This document shows, piece by piece, positions 45,023 through 53,704 of a stretch of DNA of 64,000 bases. The DNA comes from Bacteroidales bacterium (lineage in GTDB: Bacteria > Bacteroidota > Bacteroidia > Bacteroidales > WCHB1-69), in contig JAFZZT010000002.1 in assembly GCA_017615595.1 (NCBI GenBank), positions 9,199 through 73,198 on the forward strand, written 5' to 3'. Under the pieces are notes generated by a model. The model saw nothing but the letters and a program-made list of their open reading frames with translations, searched no databases and was not told where the DNA came from. The position numbers and the translations under genes were made by a program. Position 1 is the first letter of the stretch. Every line of letters begins with the position of its first letter.

Positions 45023-45285
45023 TTTAGCTGCGATCAACAAGTTCAAATTATTAATTTTAAACATTCAAATTTTTATCGTCCAAATTTTTAGTGGACATTA
45101 TTGTTTCGTCAACAACTTTCAACCAACAACAACAACCAACATCCAGCATGAGCTCATATAACCCGGAATTTTTCGATTTCCAGTCACTCATCCGCGAACT
45201 GCGTCACAAGTATGCTGAAGAGAACAAACAATACATCTACGACAACCTGAACAATTAAAATCTTTCTCCCAAATCCTCCACCCAG

Positions 45286-45885
45286 ATGTCAGATAACCCG
45301 ACAACAATTCACATACCCAACACCTCCGGCCCAAAGGGATACAAGATCTTCAACTTGCTGGATGTCCGCCAAGCCATCTGCGACAGACTCCGAAAGGAAG
45401 GAAGATGCTCGGGGAAATATTACTCCTACATCTTCCATCTGCCAGACAATACCACCATCGAAGATTTTCCCATCTATCGGGACTACCTTTCTCAATTCTC
45501 CCTCACCCCCACACTCGAGGGAAAACACTTCCCGTCAGCCGACGACAGCCTCTCCGAAACAGATTACGATCTGCTCTTCAAGTTGATTTGCGGCTCGTTT
45601 TCCAGCTCATACGACCTGACATGCAACGAACAACAAAACACGCTGGAAATCACCCTACATGTGCAAACCGACAAGGGAACCATCTCTAAAAGAATCAGCG
45701 AACTGGAGAAATCCCAGATTCAAGATCTGTTTGTCATATTCCTGGACGAACAACTGTGGCTTGCATTTGTTCAACCGAAAGATGGACCCAGCCAGCATTA
45801 TCTTGCACGAAAAGAACAAAGACGCAAGATATTCGAGCAAAAGACACGAGCACTGGAGGACAGGAACTATCTGACAATCAACTAG
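45286..45885 (+). CDS. Hypothetical protein sharing a domain with the C-terminus of the downstream amidase
   Basis: IEDFPIYRDYLSQFSL...DYDLLFKLICGSFSSSYDL... aligns with LEDFSFYQDYLLQFDL...DWELLQRFLFGSFSSDYHF in 45988-47169. Confidence 0.55.
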   Translation: MSDNPTTIHIPNTSGPKGYKIFNLLDVRQAICDRLRKEGRCSGKYYSYIFHLPDNTTIEDFPIYRDYLSQFSLTPTLEGKHFPSADDSLSETDYDLLFKLICGSFSSSYDLTCNEQQNTLEITLHVQTDKGTISKRISELEKSQIQDLFVIFLDEQLWLAFVQPKDGPSQHYLARKEQRRKIFEQKTRALEDRNYLTIN

Positions 45886-45987
45886 GACAAGCCGCCCCAC
45901 AGCTAAGCGGTCAACAACTATCCAATATTCACTCATAGTGCATAATAATCTTGTAATTTTCTATTTTTAAAAAATAAATGATCATCC

Positions 45988-47169
45988 ATGTTGCATAAAA
46001 CGAACCTTACCTTTGCCGAGCCGTTAGTACCCCGGACTACCACCCAGTACATCATCCTGCACCACTCTGAGATGTCGTCGCCGCACACTGTCGAGGACAT
46101 CCATCAATGGCATCTCGACAAAGGCTGGGCGGGCATCGGCTACCACTACTTCATCGCCAAGGATGGCGAGGTGTATGAGGGAAGGCCAAGGAACACCGTA
46201 GGGGCCCATACCCTAGATCATAACTCCGACTCGATAGGCATCTGCTTTGAAGGCAATTTTGACGAGGAGGAAATGACCGAAAAACAACACCAAGTCGCTG
46301 TCAAACTGCTGGCCATCATGCTGCTGGCCTATCCAGACGCCGAGATCCGCCGCCATTGCGACTTCACGGACCAAAAGAGCTGCCCTGGCAAGAACTTTCC
46401 CTTCACTGAATTGCGCGTCCATGTGATCCAGCTTCTCCGCGAACGCCTGCTCGCCCCTCACACAATCCAACCCATCCATCACCCCAGCAGCGACAAATAC
46501 CATCTTTTCGACCTCCCAAAAATCATCCAAAAGCTTCGGAATAATCCTAAAAAGAAGAGACTCATCGACATCTACGAAATATTCTACGGTCCCATCACCG
46601 AAGATACGGTCCTCGAGGACTTTTCTTTCTATCAAGATTATCTCCTGCAATTCGACCTGGAGCACGAGCTGAAAGGGCTCACCCTGCGCCAGGACCCCAT
46701 TCAGGACCCGGACGATCGAATCGATGGCAACGCCAACACATCCGAAGAGTCCACCCCCACCCCAGCCGACTGGGAGCTACTGCAGCGCTTCTTGTTCGGT
46801 TCATTCTCTTCCGACTATCACTTCAGCCGCTCCGACAAACCCAACACTTACGAGTTGTCTTTATCCACCCAAAACGAAACTCAGTCTGTAGAAAAGAAAA
46901 TCCACACCATCTACACGGCCCAGATGGAAAGGCTCCTTGAGATTTTCTTCTCCGAGAACCTCGAAACGGAGGCTATCATCTTAGAAGGGGAACTGGCAAA
47001 GAGGGAAAAGACACCAGAGGAGGCAGAGCAGGACGTGTCAGAAGCCAAGGAGGTGATCATAAGACGAGCAGAGCTCCTTTCCTTGTTCCAGACGAAAGCC
47101 CGGGAATTCATCTCCGATCTGGAGAGCGACCAGATCATATCCGATATTGACGATTTGCTGACGCAATAA
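45988..47169 (+). CDS. N-acetylmuramoyl-L-alanine amidase (Amidase_2/PGRP fold) with uncharacterised C-terminal domain
   Basis: YIILHHSEMSSPHTVEDIHQWHLDKGWAGIGYHYFIAKDGEVYEGRP...GAHTLDHNSDSIGICFEGNF...CPGKNFP is the Amidase_2 signature, with no signal peptide. Residues from about 190 onward are paralogous to 45286-45885. Confidence 0.8.
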   Translation: MLHKTNLTFAEPLVPRTTTQYIILHHSEMSSPHTVEDIHQWHLDKGWAGIGYHYFIAKDGEVYEGRPRNTVGAHTLDHNSDSIGICFEGNFDEEEMTEKQHQVAVKLLAIMLLAYPDAEIRRHCDFTDQKSCPGKNFPFTELRVHVIQLLRERLLAPHTIQPIHHPSSDKYHLFDLPKIIQKLRNNPKKKRLIDIYEIFYGPITEDTVLEDFSFYQDYLLQFDLEHELKGLTLRQDPIQDPDDRIDGNANTSEESTPTPADWELLQRFLFGSFSSDYHFSRSDKPNTYELSLSTQNETQSVEKKIHTIYTAQMERLLEIFFSENLETEAIILEGELAKREKTPEEAEQDVSEAKEVIIRRAELLSLFQTKAREFISDLESDQIISDIDDLLTQ

Positions 47170-47181
47170 CGACCTACTACC

Positions 47182-49935
47182 ATGAGACACATCGCATTTG
47201 TCATTGTCTTTATCAATCTATTGGTTGTCGGTACCATACAGGCACAGCCCGTTCAAATACTACAGCCCACCGTGGAGTTCCAGGACGGCTCGCAGCCATT
47301 GGCCACCAGTCAGCCACGCTTCAGCTGGAAATACGATGCCGCCCCGCAGCTTCAGAACGTGCGGCAGACCTCCTACCAAATCATCGTGGCCTCTACGGAA
47401 GAGAATGCGCACCACAACAACGGCGACCTCTGGGACAGCAAGACCATCTTTTCCGACCGCATGCTGCTCATCCCCTACGAAGGCAAACTGCTGCACAGCC
47501 GCGACCATGCGTACTGGAAGGTAATCGCCACCCTAACCTACGACAATGCCACCGAAAAGCAGCTGAAAACACAGGTCGAAAGCGCTATCAACTATTTTGA
47601 GATCAGCCTTCTGGATGCCGATGACTGGTATGCACAATGGATCGGCTTCAACTTCCAAGACGACAGTCTGGTACAGAAAACCCGTCTCGCGGCGCGGTAT
47701 CTGCGCAAGGAATTCCCCCTGCGTGATGAGATTCGGGAGGCACGCCTATACATCAGCGGGTTAGGACAGTACAGCGCCTATCTCAACGGCAAGGAGGTTG
47801 CGCCAGAAGAGATCCTCAAGCCCGCCCTCTCCGACTACCACAAGCGCGTCTATTTCAACGCATACGATGTGACCCCGCTTCTCCAGAAGGGTGACAACGC
47901 GATAGGCGTCATGTTGGCAGGCGGACGGTACATGACTATTCGCTACGACGCCAACGAGACAGACTGGGGTGGACTGTCCCACGCCATACACTATGGTACA
48001 CCCAGGCTGATTTTGCAGTTAGAGGTCACCTATCAAGACGGCACTTCCGAGCGTATTGTCAGCAACGAGAGCTGGTCAATCACCAATCTAGGGCCCATAA
48101 GGACGGCCAACGAGTTTGACGGGGAGACCTACGACGAACGGATGGACCTGGGCCCGTGGACTACCGCCGGTTACTCCGACTACCGCTGGCAAAGGGCATC
48201 TTCGGCCTACCCTCCCGAAGGAAAGATGATGCCGCAACCCAACCCCAACATCTGCGTGCAAGACACTGTCACGCCGCGCGCCCTCTTCCGCAAAGGGGAC
48301 AGCTGGATCTTGGACATGGGACAGAACATGGTGGGTTACTTAGAGATGTCGGCCGTCGGACTGCGGGAAGGCGACACCGTCACCTTGCGATTTGCTGAAA
48401 CGCTCAACCCCGACAGCAGTCTGTTCACTGACAACCTCCGCACTGCTGAGGCTACCGACCGTCTTATCGGAGGTCCATCCGATGCCCACTCCAAGATGGA
48501 AAGATACAAGGACGCTGTCATCACCTGGCATCCGACCTTTGTCTATCATGGTTTCCGATATGTGGAGATCACAGGATTGCGCACCGAACCGAGGCTCCGT
48601 GACTTCCGAGGGCTCGTATTCTACGACCAGATGGCCACCACCGGCACTTTTGAGACCTCGGACGAGATTCTCAATGCGGTGCATCGAAACGCCTACTGGG
48701 GCATCCGCGGCAACTATCGCAGTATGCCCACCGACTGTCCGCAGCGAGACGAGCGCATGGGCTGGACAGGAGACCGCACCACGGGCAACTATGGCGAGTC
48801 GTATATCTTCGGCAACCAGCGACTCTACAGCAAGTGGCTGACCGACATTGAAGACAGTCAATGGGCCAACGGCTCCCTACCAGATGTGTGTCCGGCCTAC
48901 TGGCGGCGCTACACCGACAATATGACCTGGCCGGGTGCGTTCATCACCGTGGCAGACATGCTTCACACCCGTTACGGTGACGAGCAGCCCTTCCGAGTAC
49001 ACTACCCTGCCATGAAGCACTGGATGATGCACATGAAACAGCATTATATGGTGAACGGCATCATGACCCGCGACTGCTACGGGGACTGGTGCATGCCTCC
49101 CGAATCTCCTGAACTCGTGCACTCCCAAGACCCATCCCGGATCACCCGTGCCGCAGTCATCTCCACCCCATTTTACTGCTACTTGGCAGGCAAGATGGCC
49201 CAATTCGCCGACTTGTTGGGACTGCCTGATGACGCAACCTTCTTCCGCAGCGAGATCCAGACGGTGACCCGGGCCTATAACGAGCAATATTTAGACATGA
49301 GCACTGGCCGGTACGACAACAACACAGTGACAGCCAACATCTTGCCATTAGCCTTCGGGATGGTGCCGAAGACTATAGAAGACAAGGTATTCTCCAATAT
49401 CGTGGACAAGACGGTGAACGACTGCAGCGGACACGTATCCACCGGCGTGGTGGGCATCCAGCAGCTGATGCGTACGCTTACGGAGTATGGCCGCGGCGAC
49501 CTGGCCTTGAAGATCGCCACCAACGACACCTACCCCAGCTGGGGCTACATGGTGCGCAACGGCGCCACCACCATCTGGGAGCTCTGGAACGGCAACACCG
49601 CCGAACCATCCATGAACTCGGGCAACCATGTCATGCTCCTCGGCGACCTTATCCTCTGGGATTACGAATACCTCGGCGGCATCCGCGCTTTAGAGCCAGG
49701 CTATCGCAAGATCATGCTAAAGCCCTATCCCGTAGGCAATCTGCAATCTGCCCGATGCACTTACGAATCTGTCTCGGGACGTATCGAGAGCTCATGGAGA
49801 CGGGAGGGCGACACCTTCTTATGGGACATCGTTATTCCCGCCAACACGGAAGCCGACGTCTATGTCCCCACCAAGGAAGGCTATGAAGTGCAGACCTTCG
49901 GCAGCGGCCGCTACCAGATCATCGGCCACAATTAG
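47182..49935 (+). CDS. Alpha-L-rhamnosidase (GH78)
   Basis: Signal peptide MRHIAFVIVFINLLVVGTIQAQ. A GH78 N-terminal domain pattern, then MPTDCPQRDERMGWTGD and the six-hairpin region. Length is 917 aa. Confidence 0.85.
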   Translation: MRHIAFVIVFINLLVVGTIQAQPVQILQPTVEFQDGSQPLATSQPRFSWKYDAAPQLQNVRQTSYQIIVASTEENAHHNNGDLWDSKTIFSDRMLLIPYEGKLLHSRDHAYWKVIATLTYDNATEKQLKTQVESAINYFEISLLDADDWYAQWIGFNFQDDSLVQKTRLAARYLRKEFPLRDEIREARLYISGLGQYSAYLNGKEVAPEEILKPALSDYHKRVYFNAYDVTPLLQKGDNAIGVMLAGGRYMTIRYDANETDWGGLSHAIHYGTPRLILQLEVTYQDGTSERIVSNESWSITNLGPIRTANEFDGETYDERMDLGPWTTAGYSDYRWQRASSAYPPEGKMMPQPNPNICVQDTVTPRALFRKGDSWILDMGQNMVGYLEMSAVGLREGDTVTLRFAETLNPDSSLFTDNLRTAEATDRLIGGPSDAHSKMERYKDAVITWHPTFVYHGFRYVEITGLRTEPRLRDFRGLVFYDQMATTGTFETSDEILNAVHRNAYWGIRGNYRSMPTDCPQRDERMGWTGDRTTGNYGESYIFGNQRLYSKWLTDIEDSQWANGSLPDVCPAYWRRYTDNMTWPGAFITVADMLHTRYGDEQPFRVHYPAMKHWMMHMKQHYMVNGIMTRDCYGDWCMPPESPELVHSQDPSRITRAAVISTPFYCYLAGKMAQFADLLGLPDDATFFRSEIQTVTRAYNEQYLDMSTGRYDNNTVTANILPLAFGMVPKTIEDKVFSNIVDKTVNDCSGHVSTGVVGIQQLMRTLTEYGRGDLALKIATNDTYPSWGYMVRNGATTIWELWNGNTAEPSMNSGNHVMLLGDLILWDYEYLGGIRALEPGYRKIMLKPYPVGNLQSARCTYESVSGRIESSWRREGDTFLWDIVIPANTEADVYVPTKEGYEVQTFGSGRYQIIGHN

Positions 49936-50071
49936 GGAGTTTCCCTCCTGCCAAATGACCTTTTTTGAAGATTGATACGATGACGTTGGACTCTGGTCGG
50001 GTGGTGAAATCCGAATGGTCGCCGTCCGCCTTCGAAGAATAAAGATTAGGATGAAACGCTTTCCACTATTC

Positions 50072-50956
50072 CTACTGTAATACCCGCTTCTCGTATGCCA
50101 GACGCTCCCCATCGCGCACCTGCACGATGCCACAGAAGGTGAACCCGAAATTGCGAATGAGGTTGCGCATGGGTATGTTGTCGTGGTGCGTGTCGATACG
50201 GAACCACTTGACGCCAGTGACGCGGGCCCGTTTCTCCGCATATTTGAACACATGTCGGGCCATGTCAAGGCCAAGGATTATATCCTGGACAGCGAGACGA
50301 TGCACTGTCATGTATGGCTCACCACTACTAAGCCACTGTCCATCTATCTTTTCGTAGTACGGATCTTCGTCAAACACGATGGCTGCATAAACGGAACCCA
50401 GACAGAATTTACGAAAAACGTGACCTTGGTGTCGCTTCAAATCATTCCAGATGGCCGCCTCATCCGGGTAGCCGTCCTGCCATTGGTCAATGCCCTGTTC
50501 CCTCATCCTTCTTTTAGCCTGTTCCATAATTTTCATAATTTCCGGCACGTCATATCTACGTGCAAGAATATGAAACGAGTGATTGGAACTCAGGATTTTC
50601 TTAGCAGAAAATTTATAATTCTTCAAGGCATAGATCAGCTCCTTCCGACTCCTAAAACGTTTCTCCTCCGCTATTTTGTAAACAGGCTTGAAAGCTATCT
50701 GCTTGCCATAGAGTCTGGGAGTGGCGTCGATGACGTGGATTTCGTAGGTGAGCTCCTGCAGGTTCAGGGTCGGGCGCGTGCCCACATAGAGCATTCCCTT
50801 GTGCCGTTTTCCTTCGTATCTCACCCACGCGGCGTAGGCGCCCTTCTCCAGAGAGACAGGTTTGTCGGGCTGCACGTTGGCAGTTGGGAAACCAAATTTC
50901 CGTCCGTTTCCCAGTCCTTGGATGACCGTTCCGGTAATGTAATCGGTGATGTACAT
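50072..50956 (-). CDS. Riboflavin kinase domain fused to a GNAT N-acetyltransferase domain
   Basis: The N-terminal GTVIQGLGNGRKFGFPTANV...YEIHVIDATPRLYGKQI is riboflavin-kinase-like. The C-terminal ...RVTGVKWFRIDTHHDNIPMRNLIRNFGFTFCG is a GNAT motif A region. Confidence 0.7.
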   Translation of the reverse strand: MYITDYITGTVIQGLGNGRKFGFPTANVQPDKPVSLEKGAYAAWVRYEGKRHKGMLYVGTRPTLNLQELTYEIHVIDATPRLYGKQIAFKPVYKIAEEKRFRSRKELIYALKNYKFSAKKILSSNHSFHILARRYDVPEIMKIMEQAKRRMREQGIDQWQDGYPDEAAIWNDLKRHQGHVFRKFCLGSVYAAIVFDEDPYYEKIDGQWLSSGEPYMTVHRLAVQDIILGLDMARHVFKYAEKRARVTGVKWFRIDTHHDNIPMRNLIRNFGFTFCGIVQVRDGERLAYEKRVLQ

Positions 50957-50960
50957 AGTG

Positions 50961-51058
50961 GGGTAAAGGGTATAGGGTATAGGGTATAGGGTAGTAGTTA
51001 GTTAGTAGTTAGTAGTTAGTAGTTGATAGTTGGTAGTTATAGTGATTGTCATAGTTAT
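50961..51058. repeat. Heptad-periodic block, about 14 units (GGGTATA x4-5 then TAGTAGT-type)
   Basis: gggtaaa gggtata gggtata gggtata gggtagt agttagt tagtagt tagtagt tagtagt tgatagt tggtagt tatagtg attgtca tagttat. Confidence 0.85.
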
Positions 51059-51096
51059 GGGCTTCTCGCAAGCCAACAGCTAATAGCTGACAGCCA

Positions 51097-52551
51097 TTAT
51101 CCAACGCTTCCCGACAACGTGATACTCAACAGTTTCTGGGCCTCGACTGCGAACTCCATAGGCAGTTTGCTGAGCACATCTTTGGCGTATCCGTTGACGA
51201 TCAAGCCAATGGCGGTCTCTTTGTCGATGCCGCGTTGCTGGCAGTAGAAGAGCTGGTCGTCGGAGATCTTGGAGGTGGTGGCCTCATGTTCCATCACGGA
51301 GGAGGCGTTGGCGCATTGGATGTCGGGCCAGGTGTGCGCACCGCACTTGTCGCCCATCAGCAGCGAGTCGCACTGCGAGAAGTTGCGGGCGTTCTGCGCA
51401 TCCTTACCCACACGCACGAGGCCCCGGTAGCTGTTCTGGCTGTGTCCGGCGGAGATGCCCTTGGAGACGATGAGGCTGCGGGTGTTGCGGCCCAGGTGGA
51501 TCATCTTCGTGCCCGTGTCGGCCTGTTGGTAGTTGTTGGTGACGGCCACGGAATAGAACTCGCCCACGGAGTTGTCGCCCTTGAGCACACAGCCGGGATA
51601 CTTCCAGGTGATGGCAGAGCCCGTCTCCACCTGCGTCCACGAGATCTTGGAGTTGGCCCCCTTGCAAAGACCGCGCTTGGTGACGAGGTTGTAGATGCCG
51701 CCGTTGCCGTTCTTGTCGCCCGGGTACCAGTTCTGCACCGTGGAGTATTTGATCTCGGCATCCTTCATGGCGATGAGCTCGACTACGGCCGCGTGCAGCT
51801 GGTTTTCGTCTCGTTGCGGGGCGGTGCATCCCTCCATGTAACTCACATAGGCACCCTCATCGGCGATGAGCAGCGTGCGCTCAAACTGTCCGGTCTTGGC
51901 CGCGTTGATGCGGAAGTAGGTGGACAGTTCTATCGGGCAGCGCACGCCCTTGGGGATATAACAGAAAGAGCCCTCGCTGAAAACAGCGGAGTTGAGGGCC
52001 GCGTAGAAATTGTCGGTATAAGGCACCACAGAGCCGATGTACTGACGCACCAGGTCGGGGTACTGCTGTATCGCCTCGCCAAAGGAGCAGAAGATGATGC
52101 CCTCTTTCTTCAACGTTTCCGAGAAAGTGGTCTTCACGGAGACGGAGTCCATGACGGCATCCACGGCCACGCCGGCCAGCACCTTCTGTTCTTCCAGGTT
52201 GATGCCCAGCCTGTTGAAGGTATCGACCAGCTCGGGATCCACCTCGTCCATACTGGCGAGTTGCTTTTTCTTCTTCGGAATAGCCAGATAGGTGATGTCC
52301 TGATAGTCGGGGCGCGGGAAATCAAGGTGACCCCACTGGGGCTCCTCGAGGGTGAGCCAGTGGCGGTAGGCCTTGAGACGGAACTCCAGCAGCCACTCGG
52401 GCTCGTTCTTGCGGGCGGAGATCATCCGCACAATGTCCTCGCTAAGACCTTTGGGAAACTCCTCCACATCAATATCCGACACGAAGCCGTATTTGTAGTC
52501 TTGCTCGGTAATTTCTTCTAATATGTCCTTTTTCTCGGGTTCTTCTTTCAT
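51097..52551 (-). CDS. sufB: Fe-S cluster assembly protein SufB
   Basis: ...[19 protein letters not shown]... and a highly conserved SufB core ([26 protein letters not shown]). Length is 484 aa. Confidence 0.92.
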   Translation of the reverse strand: MKEEPEKKDILEEITEQDYKYGFVSDIDVEEFPKGLSEDIVRMISARKNEPEWLLEFRLKAYRHWLTLEEPQWGHLDFPRPDYQDITYLAIPKKKKQLASMDEVDPELVDTFNRLGINLEEQKVLAGVAVDAVMDSVSVKTTFSETLKKEGIIFCSFGEAIQQYPDLVRQYIGSVVPYTDNFYAALNSAVFSEGSFCYIPKGVRCPIELSTYFRINAAKTGQFERTLLIADEGAYVSYMEGCTAPQRDENQLHAAVVELIAMKDAEIKYSTVQNWYPGDKNGNGGIYNLVTKRGLCKGANSKISWTQVETGSAITWKYPGCVLKGDNSVGEFYSVAVTNNYQQADTGTKMIHLGRNTRSLIVSKGISAGHSQNSYRGLVRVGKDAQNARNFSQCDSLLMGDKCGAHTWPDIQCANASSVMEHEATTSKISDDQLFYCQQRGIDKETAIGLIVNGYAKDVLSKLPMEFAVEAQKLLSITLSGSVG

Positions 52552-52589
52552 TGTGGTTAGTGAACAGTGATCAGGAAATAAATCGGCGG

Positions 52590-52597
52590 CAAAAGTA
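52590..52597 (-). promoter_or_regulatory. Bacteroidetes -7 box (TACTTTTG on minus strand) for sufB
   Basis: CAAAAGTA on the + strand, 39 nt upstream of the ATG at 52551. Confidence 0.5.
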
Positions 52598-52617
52598 CGA
52601 TTTTTTTGCGCTCAGCA

Positions 52618-53691
52618 CTATAATTTCCGGCCGGCCTTCTTGAGAAAGCGCATCACCTTGCGGCCTCGCTTGCTCAGCCAGGTCTCTATCAACTCATCTT
52701 CCAGCTCCAGGAAATCAACAGTCTCGTCTTTGCGCCTTCTTGATTTGGAATATCGGAGGTATGCGCCGATGTGACGTCTCTTCTTTTCGTTGTAGATGGT
52801 GTCGAACGGAAGAAGCACAGCGGTATCTTCAATGTTGTGCATCAGGCGGTTGACTGCAGTCCCGAACATCAGCATCTGGGAAGTGATGGAGATATACATC
52901 GTCATATTCGGCGGGACATGCACGCCTCTCATCTTAGCTGCCTGTTTCAGCAATTTGTAGTCTTCCGTCAAGTCTTCCTGGTTTACGACCAGATTCATCA
53001 ACTCGGGGTCGGAGTCTGGCATAACAGACAGGTCATCCCACGGACGGACCAGTTCCTCTTCGTCACCGAAATGCTTCCAGAGGAAATGGTAGATCAAGTC
53101 TCGCATGATATGGTCGTAGGAAGGATACAGGGTGATCTTGCCGAAGAAATAGAAGAGGTTCGGATTCTTCATGATAATGGCCACCAAGCCATCCCACAGG
53201 TTATCCATGGCAAACAAGGACTTGGCGCCCTTCTTGGAGCTCTGGTATTCCGGCACCACAAAGTTGCGTCCCAATTCCAGCACGTGCGGCAGAAACTCAT
53301 TGATATACTTCTGGGAGAAGCGGAACTGATGGGCACTGGCCAAGATCGGCTGGCCTTTCTCGTCAAACTCCGCATCCGAGCCATAGAAAAAGCGATAGCC
53401 ACCGATGATCTTCTCGTTGTCGGGATCCCACACCACCAGTTGCTTGTAGGGTTTTTCCATCTTGTCATACTCGTCCAGGTCTATCTCATTGCCCGTGGAG
53501 CCGCCGGCCGCGCGGAACGTCACCTCGCGCAACCGTCCTATCTCCGTCACGACATGGGGAGAGTCGTGCCAGGTGACAATGTAGAGCTCATTGCCCCCTT
53601 TGTTGGTATCTTCCAACTTTTTGGACTTGGTGAGTTCTGCTTTCAGCAGCTCAACTGGTACCGGATCAATAATGGTATTCATTGTATTCAT
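52618..53691 (-). CDS. GNAT-like N-acyltransferase (hemolysin-like; glycine/ornithine lipid N-acyltransferase type, GlsB/ChoA-like)
   Basis: Start at the ATG at 53691 (MNTMNTIIDPVPVELLK). REVTFRAAGGSTGNEIDLDEYD... is typical of the OlsB/GlsB-type family. It pairs with the adjacent lysophospholipid acyltransferase gene. Confidence 0.6.
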   Translation of the reverse strand: MNTMNTIIDPVPVELLKAELTKSKKLEDTNKGGNELYIVTWHDSPHVVTEIGRLREVTFRAAGGSTGNEIDLDEYDKMEKPYKQLVVWDPDNEKIIGGYRFFYGSDAEFDEKGQPILASAHQFRFSQKYINEFLPHVLELGRNFVVPEYQSSKKGAKSLFAMDNLWDGLVAIIMKNPNLFYFFGKITLYPSYDHIMRDLIYHFLWKHFGDEEELVRPWDDLSVMPDSDPELMNLVVNQEDLTEDYKLLKQAAKMRGVHVPPNMTMYISITSQMLMFGTAVNRLMHNIEDTAVLLPFDTIYNEKKRRHIGAYLRYSKSRRRKDETVDFLELEDELIETWLSKRGRKVMRFLKKAGRKL

Positions 53692-53704
53692 ATCACAGTG
53701 TTTG

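Noticed and set aside
45147-45257. 36-codon ORF (MSSYNPEFFDFQSLIRELRHKYAEENKQYIYDNLNN) after the Rhs gene
   Set aside because: It is not reported as a feature because it is too short to support from sequence alone. It is kept only as a possible immunity candidate in the Rhs-tip finding.
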